Assembly (NCBI GenBank): GCA_020059915.1
Contig: JAGVBB010000004.1
Span: forward strand, 2,910 to 66,909
Length of the DNA stretch: 64,000 bases
Direction of reading: 5' to 3'
From: Minisyncoccota bacterium
Lineage (GTDB): Bacteria > Patescibacteriota > Minisyncoccia > UBA6257 > GWB1-50-10
Part shown: piece by piece, positions 19,460 to 29,272 of the stretch
Position numbering within the stretch: position 1 is the stretch's first letter
Layout: each line of letters starts with the position of its first letter
The notes under the pieces: generated by a model
Databases searched by the model: none
Told to the model about the DNA's origin: nothing
What the model saw: only the letters and a program-made list of their open reading frames with translations
Made by a program: the position numbers and the translations under genes

Positions 19460-19606
19460 TTATTTTTTTAATTTTTTAATAATTCTTTCTGAGGCTCCGA
19501 ACACAAAACAAAATATTGCTAAAAGCCCAAGAAAGATTGATCCTGCATGGTTCGTGTCAAAAATACATGCAGAGACTATTGAAAAACAAATTGCAAAGAA
19601 AAACAT
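19460..19606 (-). CDS. 48-aa small membrane protein (below the ORF-track length cutoff)
   Basis: MFFFAICFSIVSACIFDTNHAGSIFLGLLAIFCFVFGASERIIKKLKK; TTGACT-17-TATAAT promoter (19670-19642), GAGGA upstream, GACCC/GGGTC hairpin downstream. Confidence 0.6.
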   Translation of the reverse strand: MFFFAICFSIVSACIFDTNHAGSIFLGLLAIFCFVFGASERIIKKLKK

Positions 19607-19722
19607 TGTCTTTTCTTCCTCTTTAATTGTTAAGTATTCTTATTATACACCTAAACCAGCGAAAAGTCAATATATACAAAATACCCCTATTTCCTATCAA
19701 AAATCCCCCGGGAGGGGGGATT

Positions 19723-19742
19723 CCTGCCTGCCGGTAGGCAGG
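19723..19742. repeat. 20-bp REP-like palindrome CCTGCCTRCCGGYAGGCAGG
   Basis: CCTGCCTGCCGGTAGGCAGG just after the rpsJ stop; related copies at 31515-31534 and 11609-11627. Confidence 0.75.
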
Positions 19743-19745
19743 TTT

Positions 19746-20072
19746 TTAACTCATTTTTATTTCTACATCTACTCCGGCAGGAAGGTTTAAATCGGTAAGT
19801 GATTCAATAATCTTCTGTTGTGGATTTAAGATATCAATCAATCTCTTGTGAACACGAAGTTCATATTGATCTACTGATTTCTTATGCACAAAGGTCGAAC
19901 GATTTACTGAATATTTTTTGAATTCAGTTGGAAGAGGAATTGGTCCAACCACCTCCCCTCCTTGTCGCTTGATCGCCTCAACAATCTGACGCGCCGAACT
20001 ATCAATAAGTCGTGCATCATATGATTTAATGCGAAGGCGTAATTTTTCTTTTTGAAGTTGCTCTTTTGCCAT
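19746..20072 (-). CDS. rpsJ: 30S ribosomal protein S10
   Basis: GPIPLPT, HKRLIDI, LPAGVDVEIK. Confidence 0.96.
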   Translation of the reverse strand: MAKEQLQKEKLRLRIKSYDARLIDSSARQIVEAIKRQGGEVVGPIPLPTEFKKYSVNRSTFVHKKSVDQYELRVHKRLIDILNPQQKIIESLTDLNLPAGVDVEIKMS

Positions 20073-20093
20073 ATCTGATCAAGCGTCGTTAGT

Positions 20094-21293
20094 TTATTTT
20101 AATATTTTGGTTACTGAACCTGCACCTACTGTCTTGCCTCCTTCGCGGATTGCAAAACGTTGCTTCTCTTCAAGCGCAACTGGCGCAATGAGTTTAACAG
20201 TAATAGAAACGGTGTCTCCTGGCATTACCATTTCAACTCCCTCTGGGAGAATAACTTCTCCGGTAACGTCAGTGGTACGAATATAGAACTGTGGTTTATA
20301 TCCCTTGAAGAATGGGGTGTGTCGTCCACCTTCTTCTTTTGAAAGAATATATACTTCTGCGGTAAATTCGGTGTGTGGAGTAATTGAACCTGGTTTACAA
20401 ATAACCTGTCCACGCTCAACATCTTCCTTCTTAAGACCGCGGAGAAGAATACCTACGTTGTCTCCTGCCTGTGCTGAATCAAGAAGCTTCTGGAACATTT
20501 CGATTCCGGTCGCTGTTGTTTTCTGCGTTGGGCGAAGTCCAACAATTTCGATTTCGTCGTTTACTTTCAATGTTCCACGTTCTGCACGTCCAGTACAAAC
20601 TGTACCACGTCCTTCAATTGAGAATATATCTTCAATTGGCATAAGGAATGGCTTCTCTGTCTCACGAACTGGCTCTGGGATGTAATCATCACATGCCTGA
20701 ATGAGATCTAAGATTGGCTTTACTGCTGGATCTTCTAAGTCTTTTGCCTCGAGAGCTTTCAATGCTGATCCACGAATTACTGGCGCTGTTGCACCATCAA
20801 ACTGGTACTTGGTCAAAAGTTCACGAACTTCTGATTCAACAAGATCAATAAGATCTGGATCATCAACCATATCACACTTGTTCAAAAATACTACGATTTT
20901 AGGAACACCAACCTGGTGAGCAAGCAAAATGTGCTCACGTGTCTGAGGCATCGGTCCATCGGTTGCTGCAACCACGAGGATTGCACCATCCATCTGAGCC
21001 GCACCGGTGATCATGTTCTTGATATAGTCAGCGTGTCCAGGAGCATCAATGTGCGCATAGTGACGCTTTTCTGACTCATACTCTGAGTGGTGAAGTGCAA
21101 TGGTAATACCACGCGCTTTTTCTTCAGGAGCATTGTCAATGTTATCAACACCTTCTGCTTTCTTTGCGAGACCTTTTTTAAATAATACGTTGGTAATAGC
21201 CGCGGTAAGAGTTGTCTTCCCGTGGTCAACGTGTCCGATGGTACCAATGTTCACGTGTGGTTTGGTACGCTGGAATTTTTCTTTTTCTGCCAT
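20094..21293 (-). CDS. tuf: Elongation factor Tu
   Basis: [28 protein letters not shown]. Confidence 0.99.
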   Translation of the reverse strand: MAEKEKFQRTKPHVNIGTIGHVDHGKTTLTAAITNVLFKKGLAKKAEGVDNIDNAPEEKARGITIALHHSEYESEKRHYAHIDAPGHADYIKNMITGAAQMDGAILVVAATDGPMPQTREHILLAHQVGVPKIVVFLNKCDMVDDPDLIDLVESEVRELLTKYQFDGATAPVIRGSALKALEAKDLEDPAVKPILDLIQACDDYIPEPVRETEKPFLMPIEDIFSIEGRGTVCTGRAERGTLKVNDEIEIVGLRPTQKTTATGIEMFQKLLDSAQAGDNVGILLRGLKKEDVERGQVICKPGSITPHTEFTAEVYILSKEEGGRHTPFFKGYKPQFYIRTTDVTGEVILPEGVEMVMPGDTVSITVKLIAPVALEEKQRFAIREGGKTVGAGSVTKILK

Positions 21294-21525
21294 TTGTATA
21301 AAATGAGTTTTTTTATATATTAGATTTCGACCTCTAATTAATTTCTAGACAGGAATTATCTTCGCTTATTCAACGAAAAAAGTCAACCCCGTTATGTGTT
21401 CAACAATAACGGGGTGTATCCCTCTTCGTTATGCTGGACTAAACAGGATGAACCTCACTGAAAGTTTCCTCCCTATCTGCACTTAGTATAGCAAATAAGA
21501 AAAAGAAAATGAATATAAAGATGTA

Positions 21526-22275
21526 TTAAAAAGACATTGGCATCACCTCCCCTGTCTCTATTTTCCAAGAATAATAAATTTGAGCATCATAATCTCCAGA
21601 CCCATTACATGCACGAGGCATGTCAACAAATTGTAAATACTCATCTCCATCAAATCGATATCCTCCCATTTCTGCCTGCCACACACCAGTACCGGTTTCA
21701 TATGATCGCTGTATATCTGGATAAAAAAGTTTTCCGGAGATTAAATCAACAACTCCAAGCATGAGATCTTTTTTACACTCCCCATTGTCACGAACATATT
21801 GAAATGCAGCATATTTTTTCTTTGGAGAAAAAATAATTCCACTTCCAATGTTTTTTATTCCACTATTTTTTGTAAGTGGTTTATATGAAAGATTTTTTCC
21901 TGATACAATTCCAAAATCACCAAGATCATCTGTGTGATGAATGACAACAAAAAACTGATCACCTGTTTTTCCTATCTGATGAACCGAAGAAAATGATGCA
22001 TCGGGGATTCCAATAACCTGATTGGATACGCTTCCAACAATAGCTCCATCCGAATATATGAACACCCCCTTGTCTTCGTTAATTTTTGCTGTATATATTG
22101 GATCTTTTTTGATAACCTCAACAGAACTCGTCGCAATCGTAGTGGTAGTATTCTCCTCGAGAGAATTACCGCTCTGTGTCGCATCTGGTTTGGTTGGTTG
22201 CGCAACAAATAACATATATGCCCCTATACCGAGGAGTAATGAAACAAGCGCAACAATAACTATCTTTTTGTGCAT
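21526..22275 (-). CDS. Hypothetical exported or membrane-anchored protein between fusA and tuf
   Basis: N-terminal TM segment, Thr/Ser-rich linker, beta-rich domain; TATAAT shortly upstream. Confidence 0.75.
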   Translation of the reverse strand: MHKKIVIVALVSLLLGIGAYMLFVAQPTKPDATQSGNSLEENTTTTIATSSVEVIKKDPIYTAKINEDKGVFIYSDGAIVGSVSNQVIGIPDASFSSVHQIGKTGDQFFVVIHHTDDLGDFGIVSGKNLSYKPLTKNSGIKNIGSGIIFSPKKKYAAFQYVRDNGECKKDLMLGVVDLISGKLFYPDIQRSYETGTGVWQAEMGGYRFDGDEYLQFVDMPRACNGSGDYDAQIYYSWKIETGEVMPMSF

Positions 22276-22381
22276 ATATAACGATATTATAACGGTTTTT
22301 TTTATTTACTCAAATGTAATAGTAATTAAAAACCCCCGCATAACGGGGATTTTCTAAATACTAATAACTAAAATCTGTTCT

Positions 22382-24496
22382 CTATTTCTTCTGTCTTCCC
22401 TCAATGATGGTCTGCGCAACATTGTTTGGAACCTCCTCATAATGTGAAAATTCCATATTGAAACTTCCCCGTCCCTGCGTGAATGAACGAAGGTTGGTTA
22501 CATATCCAAACATTTCAGCGAGTGGTACGGTTGCATCAACAATACGAAGATTTCCACGCTCCCCCATTGAAGAAATTTTTCCTCGGCGAGAACTTAAATC
22601 CCCTGTGATATCACCCAAAAAGTCTGCTGGAGCAATAACCTGGATTTTCATCACTGGCTCTAACAATACAAGCTTTGCAAGTTTTGTTGCTTCTTGAAGT
22701 GCCATAGAAGCCGCAATTTTGAATGCAAATTCAGATGAGTCAACTTCGTGGAATGATCCGTCGTATAAAGTGACTTTAAGGTCAACAAGCTGGAATCCTG
22801 CAAGTACACCGCGCTCCAATGCTTCCTTCACACCTTTTTCGGTAGGAGCAATATATTCTTGTGGAATAACACCACCCTTAATTTCATCAACGAATTCAAA
22901 TCCTGCACCACGTTCCATTGGGTCTACTTTCAATTTCACATGACCATACTGACCCTTTCCTCCTGACTGACGGATGTACTTTCCTTCCGCCTCAGCATGA
23001 TTTTTAATTGTTTCTTTGTATGCAACCTGTGGACGTCCAACATTCGCCTCAACTTTGAATTCACGACGCATACGTTCAACCAACACATCAAGGTGAAGCT
23101 CACCCATACCAGCAATAATAGTCTCACCCGTCTCTGCATTTCCAGAAACACGGAATGTTGGATCTTCTTCTGCAAGCTTGCGAAGTGCAATACCCATTTT
23201 TTCCTGGTCAGCCTTTGTCTTTGGTTCAACACGGACCTCAATAACTGGCTCTGGGAATGTGATGCTCTCAAGTACTATTGGGTGTTCTGGGTCGGTTAAT
23301 GTGTCTCCTGTTGTGGTATTTTTAAGACCAACAAGCGCTCCCAAATCTCCCGCATAAATCTCATCTACTTCTTCACGATGGTTTGCGTGCATACGCATAA
23401 TACGTCCAATTCGTTCTTGTGAATTCTTTTTTGTATTCAAAATATAACTTCCCTTTTTTAGTGTTCCTGAATATACACGGAAAAATGTAAGCGAACCAAC
23501 AAACGGATCTGTAGCAACTTTGAATGCAAGTGCAGAAAGCGGATCCTTGTCATCTGGATGTCTTTCTTCTTCTGCTCCTGTATCAGGATTTACTCCCTTA
23601 ATTGGAGGAAGATCTATTGGTGATGGCATGTAATCAATTACTGCATCAAGCATTAATTGAACTCCTTTATTTTTTAACGCTGATCCACAAAGTACTGGAA
23701 CGAGACGTACCGCAAGCGTTGCCTTACGAAGTGCACTTTTTAATTCAGCAAGTGTTGGTGTTACCCCATCAAGAAACTTTGCAATAAGCACATCATCTGT
23801 TTCACAGATTCTTTCAACTGCCTCGTGGTGTAACTTTTCTGCTTTTTCTTTATATTCGTCAGGAATAGGAATCTCTATAAGTTTTTCTCCTTTTTCTCCT
23901 TCTGAACCATACGCCTTAAGTGTTAATAAATCGATAACACCCTTAAAATTTTCCTCGGTTCCGATTGGATATTGAATAGGAAGTGCGTCGGGGGTTAACC
24001 GCTCAATAATTGATGCAAAACTGTTATCAAAACTTGCACCCATACGATCAAGTTTGTTGATAAAACACATACGAGGCACATGATAGTCATCTGCATATCT
24101 CCAATTGGTTTCTGATTGTGGCTCAACACCAGAAACTCCATCAAATACCACTACCGCACCATCAAGTACGCGAAGTGACCTCTTTACTTCAACAGTAAAA
24201 TCAATGTGTCCAGGAGTATCAATCAAGTTAATACGGTGTTCGTGTGCCTTTCGGTCCGCCTCTGGGTAATATGTTGGAGACCAAAAACAGGTTGTCGCTG
24301 CAGCGGTAATAGTAATTCCGCGCTCTCGTTCCTGATCCATCCAGTCCATAGTTGCTTCTCCTTCGTGTACCTCACCAATTTTGTGAGATATACCAGTGTA
24401 ATACAATACACGTTCAGAAACGGTTGTTTTTCCTGCGTCTATGTGTGCAATAATACCGATATCGCGAGTTCTTTCAATTGAATATTGTCGTGCCAT
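22382..24496 (-). CDS. fusA: Elongation factor G
   Basis: [28 protein letters not shown]. Confidence 0.99.
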   Translation of the reverse strand: MARQYSIERTRDIGIIAHIDAGKTTVSERVLYYTGISHKIGEVHEGEATMDWMDQERERGITITAAATTCFWSPTYYPEADRKAHEHRINLIDTPGHIDFTVEVKRSLRVLDGAVVVFDGVSGVEPQSETNWRYADDYHVPRMCFINKLDRMGASFDNSFASIIERLTPDALPIQYPIGTEENFKGVIDLLTLKAYGSEGEKGEKLIEIPIPDEYKEKAEKLHHEAVERICETDDVLIAKFLDGVTPTLAELKSALRKATLAVRLVPVLCGSALKNKGVQLMLDAVIDYMPSPIDLPPIKGVNPDTGAEEERHPDDKDPLSALAFKVATDPFVGSLTFFRVYSGTLKKGSYILNTKKNSQERIGRIMRMHANHREEVDEIYAGDLGALVGLKNTTTGDTLTDPEHPIVLESITFPEPVIEVRVEPKTKADQEKMGIALRKLAEEDPTFRVSGNAETGETIIAGMGELHLDVLVERMRREFKVEANVGRPQVAYKETIKNHAEAEGKYIRQSGGKGQYGHVKLKVDPMERGAGFEFVDEIKGGVIPQEYIAPTEKGVKEALERGVLAGFQLVDLKVTLYDGSFHEVDSSEFAFKIAASMALQEATKLAKLVLLEPVMKIQVIAPADFLGDITGDLSSRRGKISSMGERGNLRIVDATVPLAEMFGYVTNLRSFTQGRGSFNMEFSHYEEVPNNVAQTIIEGRQKK

Positions 24497-24530
24497 ATAA
24501 GTTGTTTAATATAGTAATAAAAAATTAGAG

Positions 24531-24560
24531 AATGAGAACGGTCGTTTGGCCGTTCTCATT
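24531..24560. promoter_or_regulatory. Strong hairpin in the rpsG-fusA spacer
   Basis: AATGAGAACGGTC-gttt-GGCCGTTCTCATT. Confidence 0.5.
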
Positions 24561-24574
24561 GTGTTGAATCTATC

Positions 24575-25054
24575 TTACGACCCTGACCTGATGAGTGAGG
24601 CAAATGCTCTATTTGCTTCTGCCATTCTGTGCGTATCCTGTTTCTTCTTAATTGCAACACCTTCATTCTTTGATGCGGCAATCAACTCATCTGCCAAGCG
24701 ATCCGCCATTGGCTTTCCTTTTTTTCCTCGTGCAGCATTAATAATCCAATGGGTTGCCAAGAAAAATTTTCTTTCTGGTCGAACCTCCCGAGGAATTTGA
24801 TAGTTTGCTCCTCCAATTCTTTTTGAAACGATTTCAAGAAGTGGTGTTGCATTTTCAATACCTTTTTCAAAAACAGAAATTGGTTCTTCTTTGGTTATTT
24901 CCTTTATGCGCTGTAACGCATCATACACAACTTTCTCTGCAATGCTCTTTTTTCCATCAACCATGAGATAGTTTATGAACCGAGAAACATCAGTTCTGCT
25001 ATGTTTTACATCGGACACTACATCCCTTTTTACAACGTTAGATTTTTTTCTCAT
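24575..25054 (-). CDS. rpsG: 30S ribosomal protein S7
   Basis: DGKKSIA, RIGGANYQIP, HRMAEANRAF. Confidence 0.97.
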   Translation of the reverse strand: MRKKSNVVKRDVVSDVKHSRTDVSRFINYLMVDGKKSIAEKVVYDALQRIKEITKEEPISVFEKGIENATPLLEIVSKRIGGANYQIPREVRPERKFFLATHWIINAARGKKGKPMADRLADELIAASKNEGVAIKKKQDTHRMAEANRAFASLIRSGS

Positions 25055-25059
25055 AAATA

Positions 25060-25479
25060 TTATTTAACAGCTTTTTTAAATTTCGCCCCATATTTTGAAC
25101 GTTGTTGTTTTCTCTTATCAACACCAGCAGTATCAAGAACACCACGAACAATGTGATAACGAACACCCGGAAGATCTTTTACACGCCCTCCACGAATCAT
25201 AACAACTGAGTGTTCCTGAAGATTGTGTCCTTCACCAGGAATATAAGCGGTTACTTCCATCCCATTTGTTAAACGAACACGGGCAACCTTTCGAAGTGCT
25301 GAGTTTGGTTTCTTTGGAGTGGTGGTAAATACTTTCAAACACACACCTCGCTTGAATGGCGACGGAGAATCTTTTGGTTGATTCTTTAAATAATTAAAAT
25401 AAGTAGTTAAACCAGGCGATTTGTCTTTTTTCGCTTGTGAGTGACGTCCTTTTTTTATCAGCTGTCCAATAGTTGGCAT
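25060..25479 (-). CDS. rpsL: 30S ribosomal protein S12
   Basis: [23 protein letters not shown]. Confidence 0.98.
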   Translation of the reverse strand: MPTIGQLIKKGRHSQAKKDKSPGLTTYFNYLKNQPKDSPSPFKRGVCLKVFTTTPKKPNSALRKVARVRLTNGMEVTAYIPGEGHNLQEHSVVMIRGGRVKDLPGVRYHIVRGVLDTAGVDKRKQQRSKYGAKFKKAVK

Positions 25480-25541
25480 TTGAATTAAATCTTAAATCAA
25501 GACCTAGTATAAGGGAACACTAAGAAATGGTCAAGTTTTTA

Positions 25542-26168
25542 TTAGAATAATGATGTTCCTAATAACAACTGAACGACCCATAATATCGGTTTTGAAAGCA
25601 TATCAATCCCAAAAATAATAAAGAAAAGTAAAATATACCATCCATATTGATCAAGAAATGCTTCAACCGTATGTGCATTACGAGGAAGTAAGTAGAAAAG
25701 TATTTTTGATCCATCAAGCGGCGGGATGGGGATAAGATTGAATAACGCAAGTGAAATGTTGATAATCACAATGATGGCAAAAAGCGTACCAATGGGACCA
25801 CCAACAAACCGAAACAAAACAGCAAAAATAATAGCAAGTATAAAATTACTTGCGGGGCCAGCGAATGCAAGGAGTGCAGCATCTCTCCGAGGATATTTTA
25901 AAAACATCGGATTGTAGGGAACTGGTTTTGCCCAACCAAATATTGGACCGTGGTAGCCTTTAATGAAAAATGATGGCAATAAAAGCGCAAGTGGTAATAA
26001 GATAGAACCAAATGGGTCTATGTGTTTTATTGGGTTGAGTGTCAAACGCCCCAACTTCCGTGCCGTTGGATCACCTAATTTTTCTGCTACAAGTCCATGG
26101 GACACCTCATGTATCACTACAGAAAAGATAAGAACAACAAATTGAAAAATAGTAAGCAATATCTCCAT
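25542..26168 (-). CDS. Site-2 protease (M50) family membrane metalloprotease
   Basis: HEVSH and FNLIPIPPLDG motifs. Confidence 0.92.
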   Translation of the reverse strand: MEILLTIFQFVVLIFSVVIHEVSHGLVAEKLGDPTARKLGRLTLNPIKHIDPFGSILLPLALLLPSFFIKGYHGPIFGWAKPVPYNPMFLKYPRRDAALLAFAGPASNFILAIIFAVLFRFVGGPIGTLFAIIVIINISLALFNLIPIPPLDGSKILFYLLPRNAHTVEAFLDQYGWYILLFFIIFGIDMLSKPILWVVQLLLGTSLF

Positions 26169-26264
26169 ATCGTATCTAGATATTGTACTGGTATATCAAA
26201 AAAAATGAAATAATCTTTTAGTGGGATTGACTACAATAAAGAAACAATTTACACTGAACGAATT

Positions 26265-26447
26265 ATGAGAGCGTGTGAAAAGTGTGCAAAATCATATGAG
26301 ATGGGTGGAACTCGCGTAAAGTTACGTGGAAAATATAATCCAACCAACTGGAGTAAAAAGAAGGCAAACCTTCAGTGGACTTCCCTATTAGTAAAAGGAA
26401 AGCGTTCTCTTGTCTGTACCAAGTGTCTCCGAACTCTATCAAAGTAA
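26265..26447 (+). CDS. rpmB: 50S ribosomal protein L28
   Basis: CEKC...KANLQ...VCTKCLRT; TTGACT-17-TACACT promoter upstream, terminator downstream. Confidence 0.85.
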   Translation: MRACEKCAKSYEMGGTRVKLRGKYNPTNWSKKKANLQWTSLLVKGKRSLVCTKCLRTLSK

Positions 26448-26501
26448 AAAATCCCCGCATTAGCGGGAATTTTTTATTTTGTCACTGTTATAAAATTTTA
26501 T

Positions 26502-26602
26502 TTTTTGTCGGCACTTCACACTGCTGTGCTCAGCACCTCCTTCGCCTTCGCTTTTTGTCGGCACTTCACACTGCTGTGCTCAGCACCTCCTTCGCCTTCG
26601 CT
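26502..26602. repeat. Exact 50-bp tandem duplication immediately 3' of tRNA-Pro
   Basis: TTTTTGTCGGCACTTCACACTGCTGTGCTCAGCACCTCCTTCGCCTTCGC x2. Confidence 0.9.
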
Positions 26603-26605
26603 CAG

Positions 26606-26676
26606 TCGGAGTGCCGAGAATTGAACTCGGGCTACATGCACCCCATGCATGCGTACTACCACTATACGACACTCCG
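26606..26676 (-). tRNA. tRNA-Pro (anticodon GGG), CCA not encoded
   Basis: CGGAGTG acceptor stem, TAGTGGTAG D-loop, CATGC-ATGGGGT-GCATG anticodon arm, CCGAG-TTCAATT-CTCGG T arm. Confidence 0.93.
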
Positions 26677-26825
26677 AAAAATAATTTGAAAAACTCCATA
26701 CAACATCCAATAGATGATACTAACAAGAATACATTAACAAAAAATTATTTTCTACCTCTCACAATTACTTATATAAATAAAAAATATCTTTTTTATTTTT
26801 TATTTGTGGAGTATTATAAATTTAT

Positions 26826-27830
26826 ATGGAAGATCAACGAACGTGTTTGATTCTTTATAACTCATGGGGAAGTGGGCAAAATGCAACTGTTGCAGATGAG
26901 TTTGAGGCAACAAACAATGATAGGAGTGAGGTTGAATATCTTCGAGCGGTTATAAAAGATTTGGGGTTCTCTGTACGTGTCATGGGGGTCCGCAGATTTA
27001 CTGCTCCTACTGTTCAAAAAATTCAAGACATCAATCCCGATGTTATTTTCAATCTTTGTGAAGCATTCAATGAAGAAAGTATTGGCGAATCATATATCGC
27101 TGGTTTTTTTGAACTTCTAAAAATTCCTTATACCGGATCTCCACCACTTGCGCTTGCTTTAGCATTAAACAAGAAGCGAACAAAACAAATTCTTAAATCT
27201 GCAGGAATTCCAGTCCCCTATGGTGTTGTCGTTGATGTCGAAGAAGCTCCAAATTTAGAAGATCTCACACCACCATATATCGTGAAGCCAATTCGTGAAG
27301 ATGGCAGTGCTGGTATTACCTCAAAATCAGTAACATCAGACACCGACGAGGTAATTGCATTAGTAGAGAAAATTCACAAAGAATACGAACAGGCAGCAAT
27401 CGTAGAAGAATACATAGAGGGACGTGAGTTAACCGTTCCCATTATCGGAGATAAACATCCAAAGGTTCTTGCTATAGGCGAAATGGATTTTTCCTCACTT
27501 CCAAAAAAAGATCCAAAAATTATCACCTATCGTGGAAAATGGGACGCACACGATCCACTTGATCACAATTATCCAGCAGAACTTGATAATGGACTCCAAA
27601 AACGAATTGAAAAAATTGCATTAAAAGCATTTAAAGAAATTGGGGCACGGGACTATGCGCGTGTTGATATTCGTCTTGCAGAAAACCGCAGACCATATGT
27701 CATTGAGGTAAATGCAAATCCACTCATTTCACCAGAGGCGGGATTTGCAACTGCCGCAGAAATTTCTGGATTGAAATACAAAGAAGTTATTCAAACAATT
27801 CTTGAAAGTGCTCTTTCAAGAAAGAAATAA
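26826..27830 (+). CDS. D-alanine--D-alanine ligase-like ATP-grasp protein
   Basis: IPYTGS, VKPIREDGSAGI, EEYIEGRE, ARVD, IEVNANP; N-terminus differs from classical Ddl. Confidence 0.85.
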   Translation: MEDQRTCLILYNSWGSGQNATVADEFEATNNDRSEVEYLRAVIKDLGFSVRVMGVRRFTAPTVQKIQDINPDVIFNLCEAFNEESIGESYIAGFFELLKIPYTGSPPLALALALNKKRTKQILKSAGIPVPYGVVVDVEEAPNLEDLTPPYIVKPIREDGSAGITSKSVTSDTDEVIALVEKIHKEYEQAAIVEEYIEGRELTVPIIGDKHPKVLAIGEMDFSSLPKKDPKIITYRGKWDAHDPLDHNYPAELDNGLQKRIEKIALKAFKEIGARDYARVDIRLAENRRPYVIEVNANPLISPEAGFATAAEISGLKYKEVIQTILESALSRKK

Positions 27831-27857
27831 AAAAAACCGCTCTAAAGCGGTTTTTTT
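27829..27857. terminator. Bidirectional terminator between convergent genes
   Basis: AAAAAAACCGCT-ctaa-AGCGGTTTTTTT. Confidence 0.75.
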
Positions 27858-27861
27858 ATCA

Positions 27862-28845
27862 TTAATCATCAAGATATTTTTCGGCAATAGAAAGTTTCCC
27901 AACGCGCCCAACTTTCGGACAATCTAATGATGCCTCTGCGCCAACAGGAAGTGTAAGTGATGGAACATCATGTCCAAAATCAACTCCATATAACACAGGA
28001 AAATTAAATCCTTCGGTTGCCTTTAAAATAACATCTTCAATGGTAAGAGATTTATCAAGATCGGACCATGACTCTCCCTCATCATCAATTGGATATAAGT
28101 TGGTAATTTTTCCAACAACTAGACCTTCTATTTTTTTGAATACCTTTGCTACACGCAATCTCCACAAGTAGTTGTCAATACCTTCAATGGTTTCATCTAC
28201 TTCCTCAATAAACAAAATCTTCCCATCCCACTTTGGTTCATATGGTGTGCCCATCAAACTCAACATAATATTCAAGTTTCCTCCAATAAGTTTTCCTTCA
28301 GCGCGCCCCGGCTTCAAAACCTTCCATTCGGTAAATCCAGAAAGATTCCCCGCCTCACCTTTTATGAGAGTATTTTTAAAATTCTTCAATGTAAATTTTC
28401 CACCCTTCGTATCTTTATCAAGTCCCTGAATCATAGGGCCATGAAAAGTTATTAATCCAGTTCGCTCGGTTATTGCAGTAAGTAATGTAGTTATATCAGA
28501 GTATCCAACAAATATTTTTGGATTTTTCCTAATTGCATCCCAATCAATATCAGGAAGTAACTGAATTGATGCATATCCTCCACTGGTGCAGAATATCGCC
28601 CTGACCTCATCGTCTAAGAACATTGCATGGAGATCCTGCAATCTATCAGCACGAGTCCCTGCAAGATAACCCCCATGAACCTCAAGCGCTTTTGGCCCAA
28701 GTTTTGGCTTGAATCCTAGTGATTCCAAAATCTTCATACCCCGAGAAAGGTCTTTTTTTGAGGAAACAGAAGTAGAAGGTGAAATAATCCCTACAACATC
28801 TCCCTGGCGAAGTTTTGGTGGTTTTATGACGACTTTTGGTTCCAT
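27862..28845 (-). CDS. LD-carboxypeptidase (peptidase S66, LdcA/MccF family)
   Basis: GGY, GYSDIT (Ser), GGNL, LFIEE (Glu), FGH (His); start ATG 28845. Confidence 0.92.
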   Translation of the reverse strand: MEPKVVIKPPKLRQGDVVGIISPSTSVSSKKDLSRGMKILESLGFKPKLGPKALEVHGGYLAGTRADRLQDLHAMFLDDEVRAIFCTSGGYASIQLLPDIDWDAIRKNPKIFVGYSDITTLLTAITERTGLITFHGPMIQGLDKDTKGGKFTLKNFKNTLIKGEAGNLSGFTEWKVLKPGRAEGKLIGGNLNIMLSLMGTPYEPKWDGKILFIEEVDETIEGIDNYLWRLRVAKVFKKIEGLVVGKITNLYPIDDEGESWSDLDKSLTIEDVILKATEGFNFPVLYGVDFGHDVPSLTLPVGAEASLDCPKVGRVGKLSIAEKYLDD

Positions 28846-28981
28846 AGTTGTACCCCTAATGTAGGCAGGATTGCCCCCACATGTCAAAGTTGACGACTTT
28901 GCTAAATTGTTGTTTTAAAAATACTACCTATGCTCAATATACGAAAAACCCCCTCCTATTTCTTTGGACTGGGGCCTTTCG

Positions 28982-29120
28982 CATCCTACCCATAAAGGCT
29001 ATCCGGCATGGTGCCAGGTGGGTTCCATTTATCACAGAGTTCCGAACGAATCAGCAACTTCCGTGCTCATCAGGATCCCGTAAGTACGATATTTGATCAG
29101 AAACCTTTAGAAGTAGGACT
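28982..29120 (-). ncRNA. ssrS: Probable 6S RNA-like structured ncRNA
   Basis: Extended -10 (TGTTATAAT) just upstream; 5' TCCTAC..TAAAGG pairs with 3' CCTTTA..GTAGGA; internal GGGATCC and GGAACCCACCTG resemble 6S motifs; terminator-like hairpin follows. Confidence 0.5.
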
Positions 29121-29139
29121 AATTTCATTATAACAGATT

Positions 29140-29249
29140 AACTCAAAGTTCAAAATGCAAAAATGAAGTTCAAAATTCAAAAGCTTTTATCTTCTCCATC
29201 TCATACCTTTGAGTTTCAATTTTGAGATTTGCGTTTTGATTTTTTAGTT
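29140..29249. repeat. Imperfect heptamer-repeat hairpin element
   Basis: CAAA-periodic left arm (CTCAAAG TTCAAAA TGCAAAA...) and complementary TTTG-periodic right arm; right-arm-only relatives at about 9250-9300 and 31551-31585. Confidence 0.65.
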
Positions 29250-29272
29250 AAAATAAAACCGCATAAGCGGTT

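Noticed and set aside
26502-26602. CRISPR array
   Set aside because: Only two contiguous identical 50-bp units, no spacers and no cas genes in the window
28970-29080. Hammerhead ribozyme (minus strand has CTGATGA and a later CGAAA)
   Set aside because: Stems I and III around the core cannot be formed convincingly; a 6S-like rod explains the region better
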